DNA of 64,000 nucleotides from Escherichia coli (GTDB lineage Bacteria; Pseudomonadota; Gammaproteobacteria; Enterobacterales; Enterobacteriaceae). The notes beneath the pieces are model-generated. The model saw only the letters and a program-made list of their open reading frames with translations. It was not told where the DNA came from and made no database searches. Both the position numbers and the translations under genes were made by a program. The stretch lies in the NCBI RefSeq assembly GCF_965641715.1, contig NZ_OZ282453.1. One strand, given 5' to 3'. Positions 31,370-43,740 of the stretch are shown here, piece after piece (the stretch's first letter is position 1; each line of letters starts with the position of its first letter).

Positions 31370-33316
31370 TTACTTTTTGATTTCATACAGCGGTGTTTGA
31401 CCCGCCACAACATGGCCCTGAGCTTTAATGATCAAGCCACTGAAATCGTCGATATTACTGCAAACCACTGGGCTAATCATCGAGCGGGCGTTAGCGTTCA
31501 GGTAATCCAGATCCATTTCCAGAATCGGTTGTCCTGCGCTTACCTGCGCGCCCTCTTCCACCAGACGTTTAAAGCCTTTACCTTCCAGCGCTACGGTATC
31601 GATACCCATATGGACGACGATCTCCGCGCCTTTTTCGGTTTCCAGGCAGAACGCGTGGTTGGTGTTGAAGATTTTCACGATTGTCCCTGCGGCTGGTGAT
31701 ACGACGATTTTATCTGTCGGTTTCACCGCCACACCGTCACCCACTGCTTTGCTGGCGAATGCTTCGTCAGGAACCTGATCCAGTGCCACGACATCACCGG
31801 TAATCGGCGATACCAGCTCCGCGATAGATACCGCGTTTGGTACAGCCTGCGGTTTTGCTACAGGAGCGGCAGTTGCCGGAGTTGCTTCAGCAGAGGCAGC
31901 TGCTACCGGGCCACGGGCAACGACTTTCTTCATCGCATCGCCGATGGATTCTGCTTTCGCGCCAACAATCACCTGAATAGTCTGTTTGTTCAGTTTTACT
32001 ACACCAGAAGCACCCAGACGTTTACACATCGTATCGTTAACGCGGGCAGAGTCAGCCACTGTAAGGCGCAGACGGGTGATACAGGCGTCAATTGCTTTCA
32101 GGTTGTCAGTGCCGCCAACCGCAGCAATATAGTTGGTCGCCAGTTGATTGAGGCCTTCTTCAGTGTTGCTGTTGGCTTCTTCAGTAACGATCTCGTCTTC
32201 TTTATCTTCACGACCCGGCGTTTTCAGGTTGAACATGCGGATAACCAAACTGAACACCACGAAGTAGATAGCGAAGAAGACAACACCCATCACCAGCAGC
32301 ATCCAGACGTTCTGGCTGGCGGCCGGCAGGTTATACATCAACGCGTAGTCGATAGCCCCCGCAGAGAAAGAGAAGCCGGCATGGATACCCAGCAGCGTTG
32401 CCACAAACAGGCTGATACCGGTCAGCAGTGCGTGCAGGAGGTACAGCAGCGGTGCAAGGAACATGAACAGGAATTCCAGCGGCTCAGTCACACCGGTCAG
32501 GAACGCAGTAACAGCAACAGAAAGCAGCATCCCGCCAACCATCGGACGACGCTCTTTCGGTGCTGCGAAGTACATCGCCAGCGCCGCCCCCGGCAGACCG
32601 AACATCATGATCGGGAAGAAGCCGGACATGAACATCCCCGCGGTGCCGTCACCGGCATAGAAGCGGTTGATATCACCGTGGAAAACCGTACCCGCCGCGT
32701 TGGTGAATTCACCAATCTGGAACCAGGCGATGGTGTTCAGCACCTGATGCAGACCGGTTGGGATCAGCAGACGGTTGATGAAACCAAAGATACCGGAACC
32801 CAGCGCGCCCGCAGAAACGATCCACTCGCCGCCTGCATGGATAGCGTGCTGTACCGGCGGCCAGACGTAACCAAAAATGGCCGCCAGCACCAGACAGAAG
32901 AAGCCGGTGGCGATCGGCACAAAGCGTTTGCCGCCGAAGAAGCTCAGGAAGTCCGGCAGTTTAATATCGGACCAACGGTTATAGGCTGCGCCACCAACCA
33001 GACCGGTAATGATACCCGCCAGTACACCCATGTTAATTTCTGGGTTGATGGTCACCATCGCTTTGGTTAACACAAAGTAACCTACCGCACCCGCCAGCGC
33101 CGCCGCACCTGCGCTGTCTTTCGACCAGCTGGATGCCACACCGATGGCGAAGATTAATGCGAGGTTATCAAAAATCGCACCGCCCGCCTGGGCAATAAAC
33201 GCAACGTTAAGTAAATCTGGCTGACCGAATCGCAGCAACAGTGCCGCCACCGGCAGCACCGCGATAGGGAGCTGTAACGCCCTACCGAGTCGCTGGAAAA
33301 AACCTAAAATATTCAT
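31370..33316 (-). CDS. nagE: PTS N-acetylglucosamine-specific EIICBA component (648 aa)
   Basis: MNILGFFQRLGRALQLPIAVLP...; EIIC membrane domain, EIIB cysteine region, EIIA C-terminus. Confidence 0.96.
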   Translation of the reverse strand: MNILGFFQRLGRALQLPIAVLPVAALLLRFGQPDLLNVAFIAQAGGAIFDNLALIFAIGVASSWSKDSAGAAALAGAVGYFVLTKAMVTINPEINMGVLAGIITGLVGGAAYNRWSDIKLPDFLSFFGGKRFVPIATGFFCLVLAAIFGYVWPPVQHAIHAGGEWIVSAGALGSGIFGFINRLLIPTGLHQVLNTIAWFQIGEFTNAAGTVFHGDINRFYAGDGTAGMFMSGFFPIMMFGLPGAALAMYFAAPKERRPMVGGMLLSVAVTAFLTGVTEPLEFLFMFLAPLLYLLHALLTGISLFVATLLGIHAGFSFSAGAIDYALMYNLPAASQNVWMLLVMGVVFFAIYFVVFSLVIRMFNLKTPGREDKEDEIVTEEANSNTEEGLNQLATNYIAAVGGTDNLKAIDACITRLRLTVADSARVNDTMCKRLGASGVVKLNKQTIQVIVGAKAESIGDAMKKVVARGPVAAASAEATPATAAPVAKPQAVPNAVSIAELVSPITGDVVALDQVPDEAFASKAVGDGVAVKPTDKIVVSPAAGTIVKIFNTNHAFCLETEKGAEIVVHMGIDTVALEGKGFKRLVEEGAQVSAGQPILEMDLDYLNANARSMISPVVCSNIDDFSGLIIKAQGHVVAGQTPLYEIKK

Positions 33317-33473
33317 CTTATTCCCCCTACGAGAACCCTATTTGGCTCGTTTAAAGCCGTATTTTTATTTTGCTGCAAATTGTACTGCCGATGTTCTGTA
33401 ATCAGATTGTTAGATCATCTGCTACAGAGTGTGTGAAAATTTAATTCGTATCGCAAATTAAACGCGTGTCTTT

Positions 33474-33489
33474 TGTGAGTTTTGTCACC
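33474..33489. promoter_or_regulatory. CRP-binding-site-like palindrome in the nagE-nagB divergent control region
   Basis: tgtgagttttgtcacc matches the TGTGA-N6-TCACA consensus; the nag regulon is known to be CRP- and NagC-controlled. Confidence 0.6.
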
Positions 33490-33648
33490 AAATATCGTTA
33501 TCATCACTCCCTTTTACTGGCTAAACCAGAAAACTTATTTTATCATTCAAAAAATCAGGTCGGATTGACGCCTGTCTGCGCAAATCCAGGTTACGCTTAA
33601 AGATGCCTAATCCGCCAACGGCTTACATTTTACTTATTGAGGTGAATA

Positions 33649-35657
<2,009 letters not shown>

Positions 35658-35665
35658 GAGAAAGT

Positions 35666-36886
35666 ATGACACCAGGCGGACAAGCTCAGATAGGTAATGT
35701 TGATCTCGTAAAACAGCTTAACAGCGCGGCGGTTTATCGCCTGATTGACCAGTACGGGCCAATCTCGCGGATTCAGATTGCCGAGCAAAGCCAGCTTGCC
35801 CCCGCCAGCGTAACCAAAATTACGCGTCAGCTTATCGAACGCGGGCTGATCAAAGAAGTTGATCAGCAGGCCTCCACCGGGGGCCGCCGCGCTATCTCCA
35901 TCGTCACCGAAACCCGCAATTTCCACGCAATCGGTGTACGGCTTGGTCGTCACGACGCCACCATCACCCTGTTTGATCTCAGCAGCAAAGTGCTGGCAGA
36001 AGAACATTACCCGCTGCCGGAACGTACCCAGCAAACGCTGGAACATGCCCTGTTGAATGCCATTGCTCAGTTTATTGATAGCTACCAGCGCAAACTGCGC
36101 GAGCTGATCGCGATTTCGGTGATCCTGCCAGGACTTGTTGACCCGGACAGCGGAAAAATTCATTACATGCCGCATATTCAGGTAGAAAACTGGGGGCTGG
36201 TAGAAGCTCTGGAAGAACGTTTTAAAGTGACCTGTTTCGTTGGTCACGATATCCGTAGTCTGGCGCTGGCGGAGCACTACTTCGGTGCAAGTCAGGATTG
36301 CGAAGACTCCATTCTGGTGCGTGTCCATCGCGGAACCGGGGCCGGGATTATCTCTAACGGGCGCATTTTTATTGGCCGCAACGGCAACGTCGGTGAAATT
36401 GGCCATATTCAGGTCGAACCGCTGGGTGAACGCTGCCACTGCGGCAACTTTGGCTGCCTGGAAACTATCGCTGCCAACGCCGCTATTGAACAACGGGTGT
36501 TGAATCTGTTAAAGCAGGGCTACCAGAGCCGCGTGCCGCTGGACGACTGCACCATCAAAACTATCTGCAAAGCCGCGAACAAAGGCGATAGCCTGGCCTC
36601 GGAAGTGATTGAGTATGTCGGTCGTCATCTGGGCAAAACCATCGCCATTGCTATCAACTTATTTAATCCGCAAAAAATTGTTATTGCCGGTGAAATCACC
36701 GAAGCCGATAAAGTGCTGCTCCCTGCTATTGAAAGCTGCATTAATACCCAGGCGCTGAAGGCGTTTCGTACTAATCTGCCGGTGGTACGTTCTGAGCTGG
36801 ATCACCGCTCGGCAATCGGCGCTTTTGCGCTGGTAAAACGCGCCATGCTCAACGGTATTTTGCTCCAGCATTTGCTGGAAAATTAA
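35666..36886 (+). CDS. nagC: ROK-family transcriptional repressor NagC (406 aa)
   Basis: N-terminal HTH plus ROK domain with CxCGxxGC zinc motif (CHCGNFGC). Confidence 0.96.
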   Translation: MTPGGQAQIGNVDLVKQLNSAAVYRLIDQYGPISRIQIAEQSQLAPASVTKITRQLIERGLIKEVDQQASTGGRRAISIVTETRNFHAIGVRLGRHDATITLFDLSSKVLAEEHYPLPERTQQTLEHALLNAIAQFIDSYQRKLRELIAISVILPGLVDPDSGKIHYMPHIQVENWGLVEALEERFKVTCFVGHDIRSLALAEHYFGASQDCEDSILVRVHRGTGAGIISNGRIFIGRNGNVGEIGHIQVEPLGERCHCGNFGCLETIAANAAIEQRVLNLLKQGYQSRVPLDDCTIKTICKAANKGDSLASEVIEYVGRHLGKTIAIAINLFNPQKIVIAGEITEADKVLLPAIESCINTQALKAFRTNLPVVRSELDHRSAIGAFALVKRAMLNGILLQHLLEN

Positions 36887-36933
36887 TGTGCTTTTATAGT
36901 GGCGCTTATTGTTGTCAATATTCTGGGTAGTCC

Positions 36934-37686
36934 ATGACCATTAAAAATGTAATTTGCGATATCGACGGCGTGCTGATGCACGATAACGTCGCCGTACCGG
37001 GTGCAGCGGAATTTTTGCACGGGATTATGGATAAAGGCCTGCCGCTGGTGTTGCTGACCAACTATCCTTCGCAGACCGGGCAAGATCTGGCGAACCGCTT
37101 TGCCACTGCCGGTGTCGATGTACCTGACAGCGTGTTTTATACCTCTGCGATGGCGACCGCCGATTTCCTGCGTCGCCAGGAAGGCAAGAAAGCGTATGTG
37201 GTGGGCGAAGGCGCACTGATTCATGAACTGTACAAAGCCGGTTTCACTATTACCGATGTGAACCCTGATTTTGTGATTGTTGGCGAAACGCGTTCCTACA
37301 ACTGGGACATGATGCATAAAGCGGCCTATTTCGTCGCTAACGGTGCACGCTTTATCGCCACCAACCCGGATACTCACGGGCGCGGTTTTTATCCGGCCTG
37401 TGGCGCGTTGTGTGCAGGGATTGAGAAAATCTCCGGGCGCAAACCGTTCTATGTTGGTAAGCCGAGTCCGTGGATTATCCGCGCGGCATTAAACAAAATG
37501 CAGGCACATTCGGAAGAAACGGTGATTGTCGGCGATAACCTGCGTACCGATATTCTGGCCGGCTTCCAGGCAGGTCTGGAGACGATTCTGGTGCTTTCTG
37601 GTGTTTCGTCGCTCGACGATATCGACAGTATGCCTTTCCGCCCCAGCTGGATTTACCCGTCAGTCGCTGAAATCGACGTTATCTGA
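36934..37686 (+). CDS. nagD: HAD-family UMP phosphatase (250 aa)
   Basis: HAD motif I (ICDIDGVLM); last gene of nagBACD. Confidence 0.93.
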   Translation: MTIKNVICDIDGVLMHDNVAVPGAAEFLHGIMDKGLPLVLLTNYPSQTGQDLANRFATAGVDVPDSVFYTSAMATADFLRRQEGKKAYVVGEGALIHELYKAGFTITDVNPDFVIVGETRSYNWDMMHKAAYFVANGARFIATNPDTHGRGFYPACGALCAGIEKISGRKPFYVGKPSPWIIRAALNKMQAHSEETVIVGDNLRTDILAGFQAGLETILVLSGVSSLDDIDSMPFRPSWIYPSVAEIDVI

Positions 37687-37687
37687 A

Positions 37688-37722
37688 TAGCAACCACGTC
37701 TCAGGACGTGGTTTCTTATTTT
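37688..37722 (+). terminator. intrinsic terminator of nagBACD
   Basis: aaccacgtctcaggacgtggtttcttattttt: 9-bp perfect stem plus T-run. Confidence 0.75.
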
Positions 37723-37942
37723 TACCCATCATTAAAATCATCCCATTCAATAAAACCCGCCAAAAATTATCGATCCATCAATAAATACATCACCGTACCC
37801 TCCTCTTTTTCACAAATCAGCAATCACCATTACGTTTTTTATTTTTTCACCGCCAAATCGCTTGCGCATAGTGCTGCTTTGCGGCATTTTTTTAAACAAG
37901 CAAACACAACAAGCAACAAATACCAGGTTAACGGAGAAGGTT

Positions 37943-39607
37943 ATGTGTTCAATTTTTGGCGTATTCGATATCAAAACAGACGCAGTTGAGCTGCGTAAGA
38001 AAGCACTCGAGCTGTCACGCCTGATGCGTCATCGTGGCCCGGACTGGTCCGGTATTTATGCCAGTGATAACGCCATTCTCGCCCACGAACGTCTGTCAAT
38101 TGTTGACGTTAACGCGGGGGCGCAACCTCTCTACAACCAACAAAAAACCCACGTACTGGCGGTAAACGGTGAAATCTACAACCACCAGGCATTGCGCGCT
38201 GAATATGGCGATCGTTATCAGTTCCAGACAGGGTCTGACTGTGAAGTGATCCTCGCGCTGTATCAGGAAAAAGGGCCGGAATTTCTCGACGACTTGCAGG
38301 GCATGTTTGCCTTTGCCCTGTACGACAGCGAAAAAGATGCCTACCTGATTGGTCGTGACCATCTGGGGATCATCCCACTGTATATGGGCTATGACGAACA
38401 TGGTCAGCTGTATGTGGCCTCAGAAATGAAAGCCCTCGTGCCGGTATGCCGCACGATTAAAGAGTTCCCGGCGGGGAGCTATTTGTGGAGTCAGGACGGC
38501 GAAATCCGTTCTTATTATCATCGCGACTGGTTCGACTACGATGCGGTGAAAGATAATGTGACCGACAAAAACGAACTGCGTCAGGCACTGGAAGATTCCG
38601 TTAAAAGCCATCTGATGTCTGATGTGCCTTACGGTGTGCTGCTTTCTGGTGGTCTGGATTCCTCAATTATTTCCGCTATCACCAAGAAATACGCAGCCCG
38701 TCGCGTGGAAGATCAGGAACGCTCTGAAGCCTGGTGGCCGCAGTTACACTCCTTTGCTGTAGGTCTGCCGGGCTCACCGGATCTTAAAGCAGCCCAGGAA
38801 GTGGCAAACCATCTGGGCACGGTGCATCACGAAATTCACTTCACTGTACAGGAAGGTCTGGATGCCATCCGCGACGTGATTTACCACATCGAAACCTATG
38901 ATGTGACCACTATTCGCGCTTCAACACCGATGTATTTAATGTCGCGTAAGATCAAAGCGATGGGCATTAAAATGGTGCTGTCCGGTGAAGGTTCTGATGA
39001 AGTGTTCGGCGGTTATCTTTACTTCCACAAAGCACCGAATGCCAAAGAACTGCATGAAGAGACGGTGCGTAAACTGCTGGCCCTGCATATGTATGACTGC
39101 GCGCGTGCCAACAAAGCGATGTCAGCCTGGGGCGTGGAAGCACGCGTTCCGTTCCTCGACAAGAAATTCCTCGACGTGGCGATGCGCATTAACCCGCAGG
39201 ATAAAATGTGCGGTAACGGCAAGATGGAAAAACACATCCTGCGTGAATGTTTTGAGTCATACCTGCCCGCAAGCGTGGCCTGGCGGCAGAAAGAGCAGTT
39301 CTCCGATGGCGTCGGTTACAGTTGGATCGACACCCTGAAAGAAGTGGCGGCGCAGCAGGTTTCTGATCAACAGCTGGAAACTGCCCGCTTCCGCTTCCCG
39401 TACAACACACCGAGCTCAAAAGAAGCGTATCTGTACCGGGAGATCTTTGAAGAACTATTCCCGCTTCCGAGCGCCGCTGAGTGCGTGCCGGGCGGTCCTT
39501 CCGTCGCGTGTTCTTCCGCTAAAGCGATCGAATGGGATGAAGCGTTCAAGAAAATGGACGATCCGTCTGGTCGCGCGGTTGGTGTTCACCAGTCGGCGTA
39601 TAAGTAA
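37943..39607 (+). CDS. asnB: asparagine synthetase B, glutamine-hydrolysing (554 aa)
   Basis: Starts MCSIFGVFDIK (N-terminal Cys nucleophile); PP-loop SGGLDSS; the track ORF (TTG at 37862) is an upstream extension. Confidence 0.95.
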   Translation: MCSIFGVFDIKTDAVELRKKALELSRLMRHRGPDWSGIYASDNAILAHERLSIVDVNAGAQPLYNQQKTHVLAVNGEIYNHQALRAEYGDRYQFQTGSDCEVILALYQEKGPEFLDDLQGMFAFALYDSEKDAYLIGRDHLGIIPLYMGYDEHGQLYVASEMKALVPVCRTIKEFPAGSYLWSQDGEIRSYYHRDWFDYDAVKDNVTDKNELRQALEDSVKSHLMSDVPYGVLLSGGLDSSIISAITKKYAARRVEDQERSEAWWPQLHSFAVGLPGSPDLKAAQEVANHLGTVHHEIHFTVQEGLDAIRDVIYHIETYDVTTIRASTPMYLMSRKIKAMGIKMVLSGEGSDEVFGGYLYFHKAPNAKELHEETVRKLLALHMYDCARANKAMSAWGVEARVPFLDKKFLDVAMRINPQDKMCGNGKMEKHILRECFESYLPASVAWRQKEQFSDGVGYSWIDTLKEVAAQQVSDQQLETARFRFPYNTPSSKEAYLYREIFEELFPLPSAAECVPGGPSVACSSAKAIEWDEAFKKMDDPSGRAVGVHQSAYK

Positions 39608-39611
39608 GAAA

Positions 39612-39650
39612 TGCGAAACAGCCCCGGTGAAATCCGGGGCTGTTTCAGTT
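39612..39650 (+). terminator. intrinsic terminator of asnB
   Basis: aaacagccccggtgaaatccggggctgtttcagtt. Confidence 0.7.
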
Positions 39651-39917
39651 ATTGAGGTGCTTGTTGATTCTGATATGCAGTAAGGAAATGTTCCGGGTTT
39701 GCCACATCACTGTTTGACAACTCATCACTGTAGGCCAGTATTTCATAGATTAATTTCCCACCACTATTGTTAAATTCCGAATTTCATCCTGTATGACAAA
39801 AGAATGGCTATAGGGTGGGAAAAAACACAAAGTAAACAATAATTGACGAATATAGCGCCACGCTGTTCGCAACCTAACCAAACAGTCACTTTCGAGCAAT
39901 TTTCCTTGAAAAAGAGG

Positions 39918-39953
39918 TTGACGCTGCAAGGCTCTATACGCATAATGCGCCCC
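39918..39953 (+). promoter_or_regulatory. metT tRNA-operon promoter (-35 TTGACG, 17-bp spacer, -10 CATAAT, GC-rich discriminator)
   Basis: ttgacgctgcaaggctctatacgcataatgcgcccc about 35 nt upstream of the first tRNA; a GC-rich discriminator is typical of stringently controlled stable-RNA promoters. Confidence 0.65.
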
Positions 39954-39986
39954 GCAACGCCGATAAGGTATCGCGAAAAAAAAGAT

Positions 39987-40063
39987 GGCTACGTAGCTCA
40001 GTTGGTTAGAGCACATCACTCATAATGATGGGGTCACAGGTTCGAATCCCGTCGTAGCCACCA
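39987..40063 (+). tRNA. metT: tRNA-Met (elongator, anticodon CAT)
   Basis: ggctacgtagctcagttggttagagc...gtcgtagccacca; cloverleaf with CAT anticodon and encoded CCA. Confidence 0.95.
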
Positions 40064-40071
40064 TCTTTTTT

Positions 40072-40156
40072 GCGGGAGTGGCGAAATTGGTAGACGCACC
40101 AGATTTAGGTTCTGGCGCCGCAAGGTGTGCGAGTTCAAGTCTCGCCTCCCGCACCA
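40072..40156 (+). tRNA. leuW: tRNA-Leu (anticodon TAG), class II with long variable arm
   Basis: gcgggagtggcgaaattggtagacgc...ctcgcctcccgcacca, 85 nt. Confidence 0.93.
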
Positions 40157-40179
40157 TTCACCAGAAAGCGTTGTACGGA

Positions 40180-40254
40180 TGGGGTATCGCCAAGCGGTAA
40201 GGCACCGGTTTTTGATACCGGCATTCCCTGGTTCGAATCCAGGTACCCCAGCCA
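40180..40254 (+). tRNA. glnU: tRNA-Gln (anticodon TTG)
   Basis: tggggtatcgccaagcggtaaggcaccggtttttgataccgg...cccagcca. Confidence 0.93.
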
Positions 40255-40288
40255 TCTTCTTCGAGTAAGTGGTTCACCGCCCGGTTAT

Positions 40289-40363
40289 TGGGGTATCGCC
40301 AAGCGGTAAGGCACCGGTTTTTGATACCGGCATTCCCTGGTTCGAATCCAGGTACCCCAGCCA
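40289..40363 (+). tRNA. glnW: tRNA-Gln (anticodon TTG), identical copy of glnU
   Basis: Identical 75-nt sequence to the glnU copy. Confidence 0.93.
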
Positions 40364-40378
40364 TCGAAGAAACAATCT

Positions 40379-40455
40379 GGCTACGTAGCTCAGTTGGTTA
40401 GAGCACATCACTCATAATGATGGGGTCACAGGTTCGAATCCCGTCGTAGCCACCA
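40379..40455 (+). tRNA. metU: tRNA-Met (elongator, anticodon CAT), identical copy of metT
   Basis: Identical 77-nt sequence to metT. Confidence 0.93.
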
Positions 40456-40501
40456 AATTCTGAGTGTGTCGAATATGTTCGGCAAATTCAAAACCAATTT
40501 G

Positions 40502-40576
40502 TTGGGGTATCGCCAAGCGGTAAGGCACCGGATTCTGATTCCGGCATTCCGAGGTTCGAATCCTCGTACCCCAGCC
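40502..40576 (+). tRNA. glnV: tRNA-Gln (anticodon CTG)
   Basis: tggggtatcgccaagcggtaaggcaccggattctgattccgg...cccagcca. Confidence 0.93.
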
Positions 40577-40614
40577 AATTTATTCAAGACGCTTACCTTG
40601 TAAGTGCACCCAGT

Positions 40615-40689
40615 TGGGGTATCGCCAAGCGGTAAGGCACCGGATTCTGATTCCGGCATTCCGAGGTTCGAATCCTCGTACCCCAGCCA
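40615..40689 (+). tRNA. glnX: tRNA-Gln (anticodon CTG), identical copy of glnV
   Basis: Identical 75-nt sequence to glnV. Confidence 0.93.
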
Positions 40690-40691
40690 CA

Positions 40692-40722
40692 TTAAAAAAG
40701 CTCGCTTCGGCGAGCTTTTTGC
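40692..40722 (+). terminator. intrinsic terminator of the tRNA operon
   Basis: aaaaaagctcgcttcggcgagctttttgc: 6-bp stem, tetraloop, T-run. Confidence 0.8.
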
Positions 40723-40740
40723 TTTTCTGCGTTCATTCAA

Positions 40741-40835
40741 TGTCGAATGCGATGTTGACACGTCTTATCCTTCAATGTCGGATGCGACGCTGCCGCGTCT
40801 TATCCGACCTACGGTTGGCACGCATCCGGCAATGT
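40741..40835. repeat. REP/BIME cluster between the tRNA operon and ubiF
   Basis: tgtcgaatgcgatgttgacacgtcttatcc..., gtcggatgcgacgctgccgcgtcttatccgacctac and cgcatccggca. Confidence 0.7.
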
Positions 40836-40842
40836 TGTAAGG

Positions 40843-42018
40843 CTACAACCCTAACGCATATTTCAGCGCCTGACGTTTCAACACGCCAGCACGCTCCGCC
40901 GCCATCAAACCAAGATTACGCACAAAACGCAGCGGCGGCAGATTATTACTGAATCCGGCATAAAACAGATCCATACCGCTCTGCATAATGAAGTTATCCG
41001 CCATGCGCCGCATCTGGTAACGCTTGAGGACAGGATAACTGGCCCACGCTTCGCTGTAGCTGCGGGCATTCACCAGAACATCAATCAGGGCATCGACATC
41101 ACGATAACCAAGATTCACCCCCTGCCCCGCCAGCGGATGGATGGTATGCGCGGCATCGCCCACCAGCGCAAGCCCTGGCTGCACATACTGCAACGCATGG
41201 CGACGCGTCAGCGGAAACGCACCAGCGGCAAGCGGTGTAACGTAACCCAGACGCGACGGGAAATGCTTCGCGATTTCCGCCTGGAGCTGTGCCATATTCA
41301 TATTCTGCAACTGGCGAATACGCGCCGGAGAGTCATACCACACCAGCGATGCCCAGTTATCAAACAACGGCAGAAACGCACGCGGTCCGTCCGGAGTAAA
41401 TTGCTGCCAGGTGCTATCGCCGGGATCGTTCTCGCACTGGACGCTAATCAACATGCACGACTGCGCATACTGCCATGCATGAACGCCAATTCCCGCCATC
41501 TGCCGCACCTGCGAATTTGCGCCGTCGGCACCAATCACCAGCTTCGCGCGAATCACTTCACCGCCTTTCAGCTCCAGCTCCTGAAGATCATTATCTCGAT
41601 GTAATGCAATCAGCGAGCCTGGCACACGTAACGTTACTTTCGGATGCGCTTCCAGCGCCTGCCACAATGCCTGTTGCAGGACAGTGTTTTCTACCATATA
41701 GCCAAGCAACGGCAACTTTAATTCGGCTGCGTCAAATACCACATGCGCCGTTTCCCACTCCCACGTTTCCAGTCTGCGGTAAGGATGGCAACGCATAGCC
41801 TGTACTGCATCCCAGACCCCTAACCCTTTAAGCAATGATACCGAAGCCGCGCTGATCGCCGAGATCCGCACGTCCGGTTGGCTATCAGCGACAAACGGTG
41901 CAGGTTCTGCGTGCTCGATCACCGTTACCGTAAATCCGTGCTGTGCCAGCCCCAGCGCCAGTGCGCCGCCGACCATTCCTCCGCCGACAATGGCAATTTC
42001 CGTTGGTTGATTTGTCAT
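40843..42018 (-). CDS. ubiF: FAD-dependent ubiquinone-biosynthesis monooxygenase UbiF (391 aa; track ORF starts 2 codons upstream)
   Basis: MTNQPTEIAIVGGGMVGGALA Rossmann FAD-binding fold; class A flavin monooxygenase. Confidence 0.93.
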   Translation of the reverse strand: MTNQPTEIAIVGGGMVGGALALGLAQHGFTVTVIEHAEPAPFVADSQPDVRISAISAASVSLLKGLGVWDAVQAMRCHPYRRLETWEWETAHVVFDAAELKLPLLGYMVENTVLQQALWQALEAHPKVTLRVPGSLIALHRDNDLQELELKGGEVIRAKLVIGADGANSQVRQMAGIGVHAWQYAQSCMLISVQCENDPGDSTWQQFTPDGPRAFLPLFDNWASLVWYDSPARIRQLQNMNMAQLQAEIAKHFPSRLGYVTPLAAGAFPLTRRHALQYVQPGLALVGDAAHTIHPLAGQGVNLGYRDVDALIDVLVNARSYSEAWASYPVLKRYQMRRMADNFIMQSGMDLFYAGFSNNLPPLRFVRNLGLMAAERAGVLKRQALKYALGL

Positions 42019-42163
42019 GGTCAATCATCCTGTTAGCAATATGCTTTAAGTTTACAGGATTTTTACCCCCAAGGGCTGATAACGCTCATACTGGTCACAA
42101 CGGCAGCAAAGCATTACACTATGCGCCCTGCATTCCTGGCTACTATTTCGCAAGAGCAAGTCG

Positions 42164-43588
42164 ATGACCAAAAAACTCCATATTAAAACCTGGGGCTGTC
42201 AGATGAACGAGTACGATTCATCGAAGATGGCCGATCTGCTGGATGCCACCCACGGCTATCAACTGACCGACGTGGCGGAAGAAGCGGATGTGCTGCTGCT
42301 GAACACCTGCTCAATCCGCGAGAAGGCTCAGGAAAAAGTCTTCCATCAGTTGGGTCGCTGGAAACTGTTAAAAGAGAAGAATCCAGACCTGATTATCGGC
42401 GTCGGTGGCTGCGTGGCATCGCAAGAAGGCGAGCACATTCGCCAGCGCGCCCACTATGTCGATATTATTTTTGGGCCGCAAACGCTGCACCGTCTGCCGG
42501 AGATGATCAACTCCGTGCGCGGCGACCGCAGCCCGGTTGTAGATATCAGCTTCCCGGAAATCGAGAAGTTTGACCGTCTGCCGGAACCGCGCGCCGAAGG
42601 GCCGACCGCGTTTGTCTCCATCATGGAAGGCTGCAATAAATATTGCACCTACTGCGTGGTGCCTTACACCCGTGGTGAAGAAGTAAGCCGTCCGTCCGAC
42701 GATATTCTGTTTGAGATTGCCCAGCTTGCGGCTCAGGGCGTGCGTGAAGTCAACCTGCTCGGTCAGAACGTGAACGCCTGGCGTGGTGAAAACTACGACG
42801 GCACCACCGGATCGTTTGCCGATCTGTTGCGTCTGGTTGCTGCGATCGACGGGATCGATCGTATTCGCTTTACCACCAGCCATCCGATCGAATTCACCGA
42901 CGATATCATCGAAGTGTATCGCGACACGCCGGAGCTGGTGAGCTTCCTGCACCTGCCGGTACAGAGTGGTTCCGATCGCATTCTGAACCTGATGGGACGT
43001 ACCCATACGGCGCTGGAGTACAAAGCGATCATCCGTAAACTGCGTGCGGCGCGTCCAGATATTCAGATCAGTTCTGATTTCATCGTTGGCTTCCCTGGCG
43101 AAACCACCGAAGACTTCGAGAAAACGATGAAGCTGATTGCCGACGTCAATTTCGACATGAGCTACAGCTTTATCTTCTCTGCACGTCCGGGTACACCAGC
43201 CGCCGATATGGTTGATGATGTTCCGGAAGAAGAGAAGAAGCAGCGTCTGTATATTCTGCAAGAACGTATCAATCAGCAAGCGATGGCGTGGAGCCGCCGG
43301 ATGCTCGGCACCACCCAGCGTATTCTGGTAGAAGGTACATCGCGTAAGAGCATCATGGAACTTTCCGGGCGTACGGAAAATAACCGCGTGGTCAACTTCG
43401 AAGGCACGCCGGATATGATCGGTAAATTCGTCGATGTAGAAATTACCGACGTCTACCCGAACTCTCTGCGCGGTAAAGTGGTGCGAACTGAAGATGAAAT
43501 GGGTCTGCGCGTGGCAGAAACACCAGAATCGGTGATTGCCCGTACTCGCAAAGAAAACGACCTTGGCGTGGGTTATTATCAGCCGTAA
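42164..43588 (+). CDS. miaB: tRNA-i6A37 methylthiotransferase MiaB (474 aa)
   Basis: UPF0004 N-domain, radical-SAM CxxxCxxC (CNKYCTYC), TRAM C-terminus. Confidence 0.96.
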
Positions 43589-43740
43589 TTCTCAGGTCCG
43601 CCGTTCCGGTGGGCCTTGTTTTTTCTCTCTTTATCCCCATCTTTATCGCAATGCTTGCGCCTTTTTCCTGTGGCGTGAATAATTTCCTTATAGGCCGGTG
43701 AATGTTCAGCTTCCGGCGGCATACAGATAAGAGGAACGGT

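Noticed and set aside
32144-33070. 308-aa plus-strand ORF antisense to nagE
   Set aside because: Shadow ORF; His/Arg/Gln-rich; overlaps conserved PTS EIIC coding sequence.
40034-40761. Three minus-strand ORFs (73, 68, 111 aa) spanning the tRNA cluster
   Set aside because: They are reverse-complement read-through of tRNA genes (the repeated 'MAGVPGFEPGNAGI' reflects the tRNA-Gln sequence); not coding.
42368-43279. 303-aa minus-strand ORF antisense to miaB
   Set aside because: Shadow ORF inside conserved radical-SAM gene.
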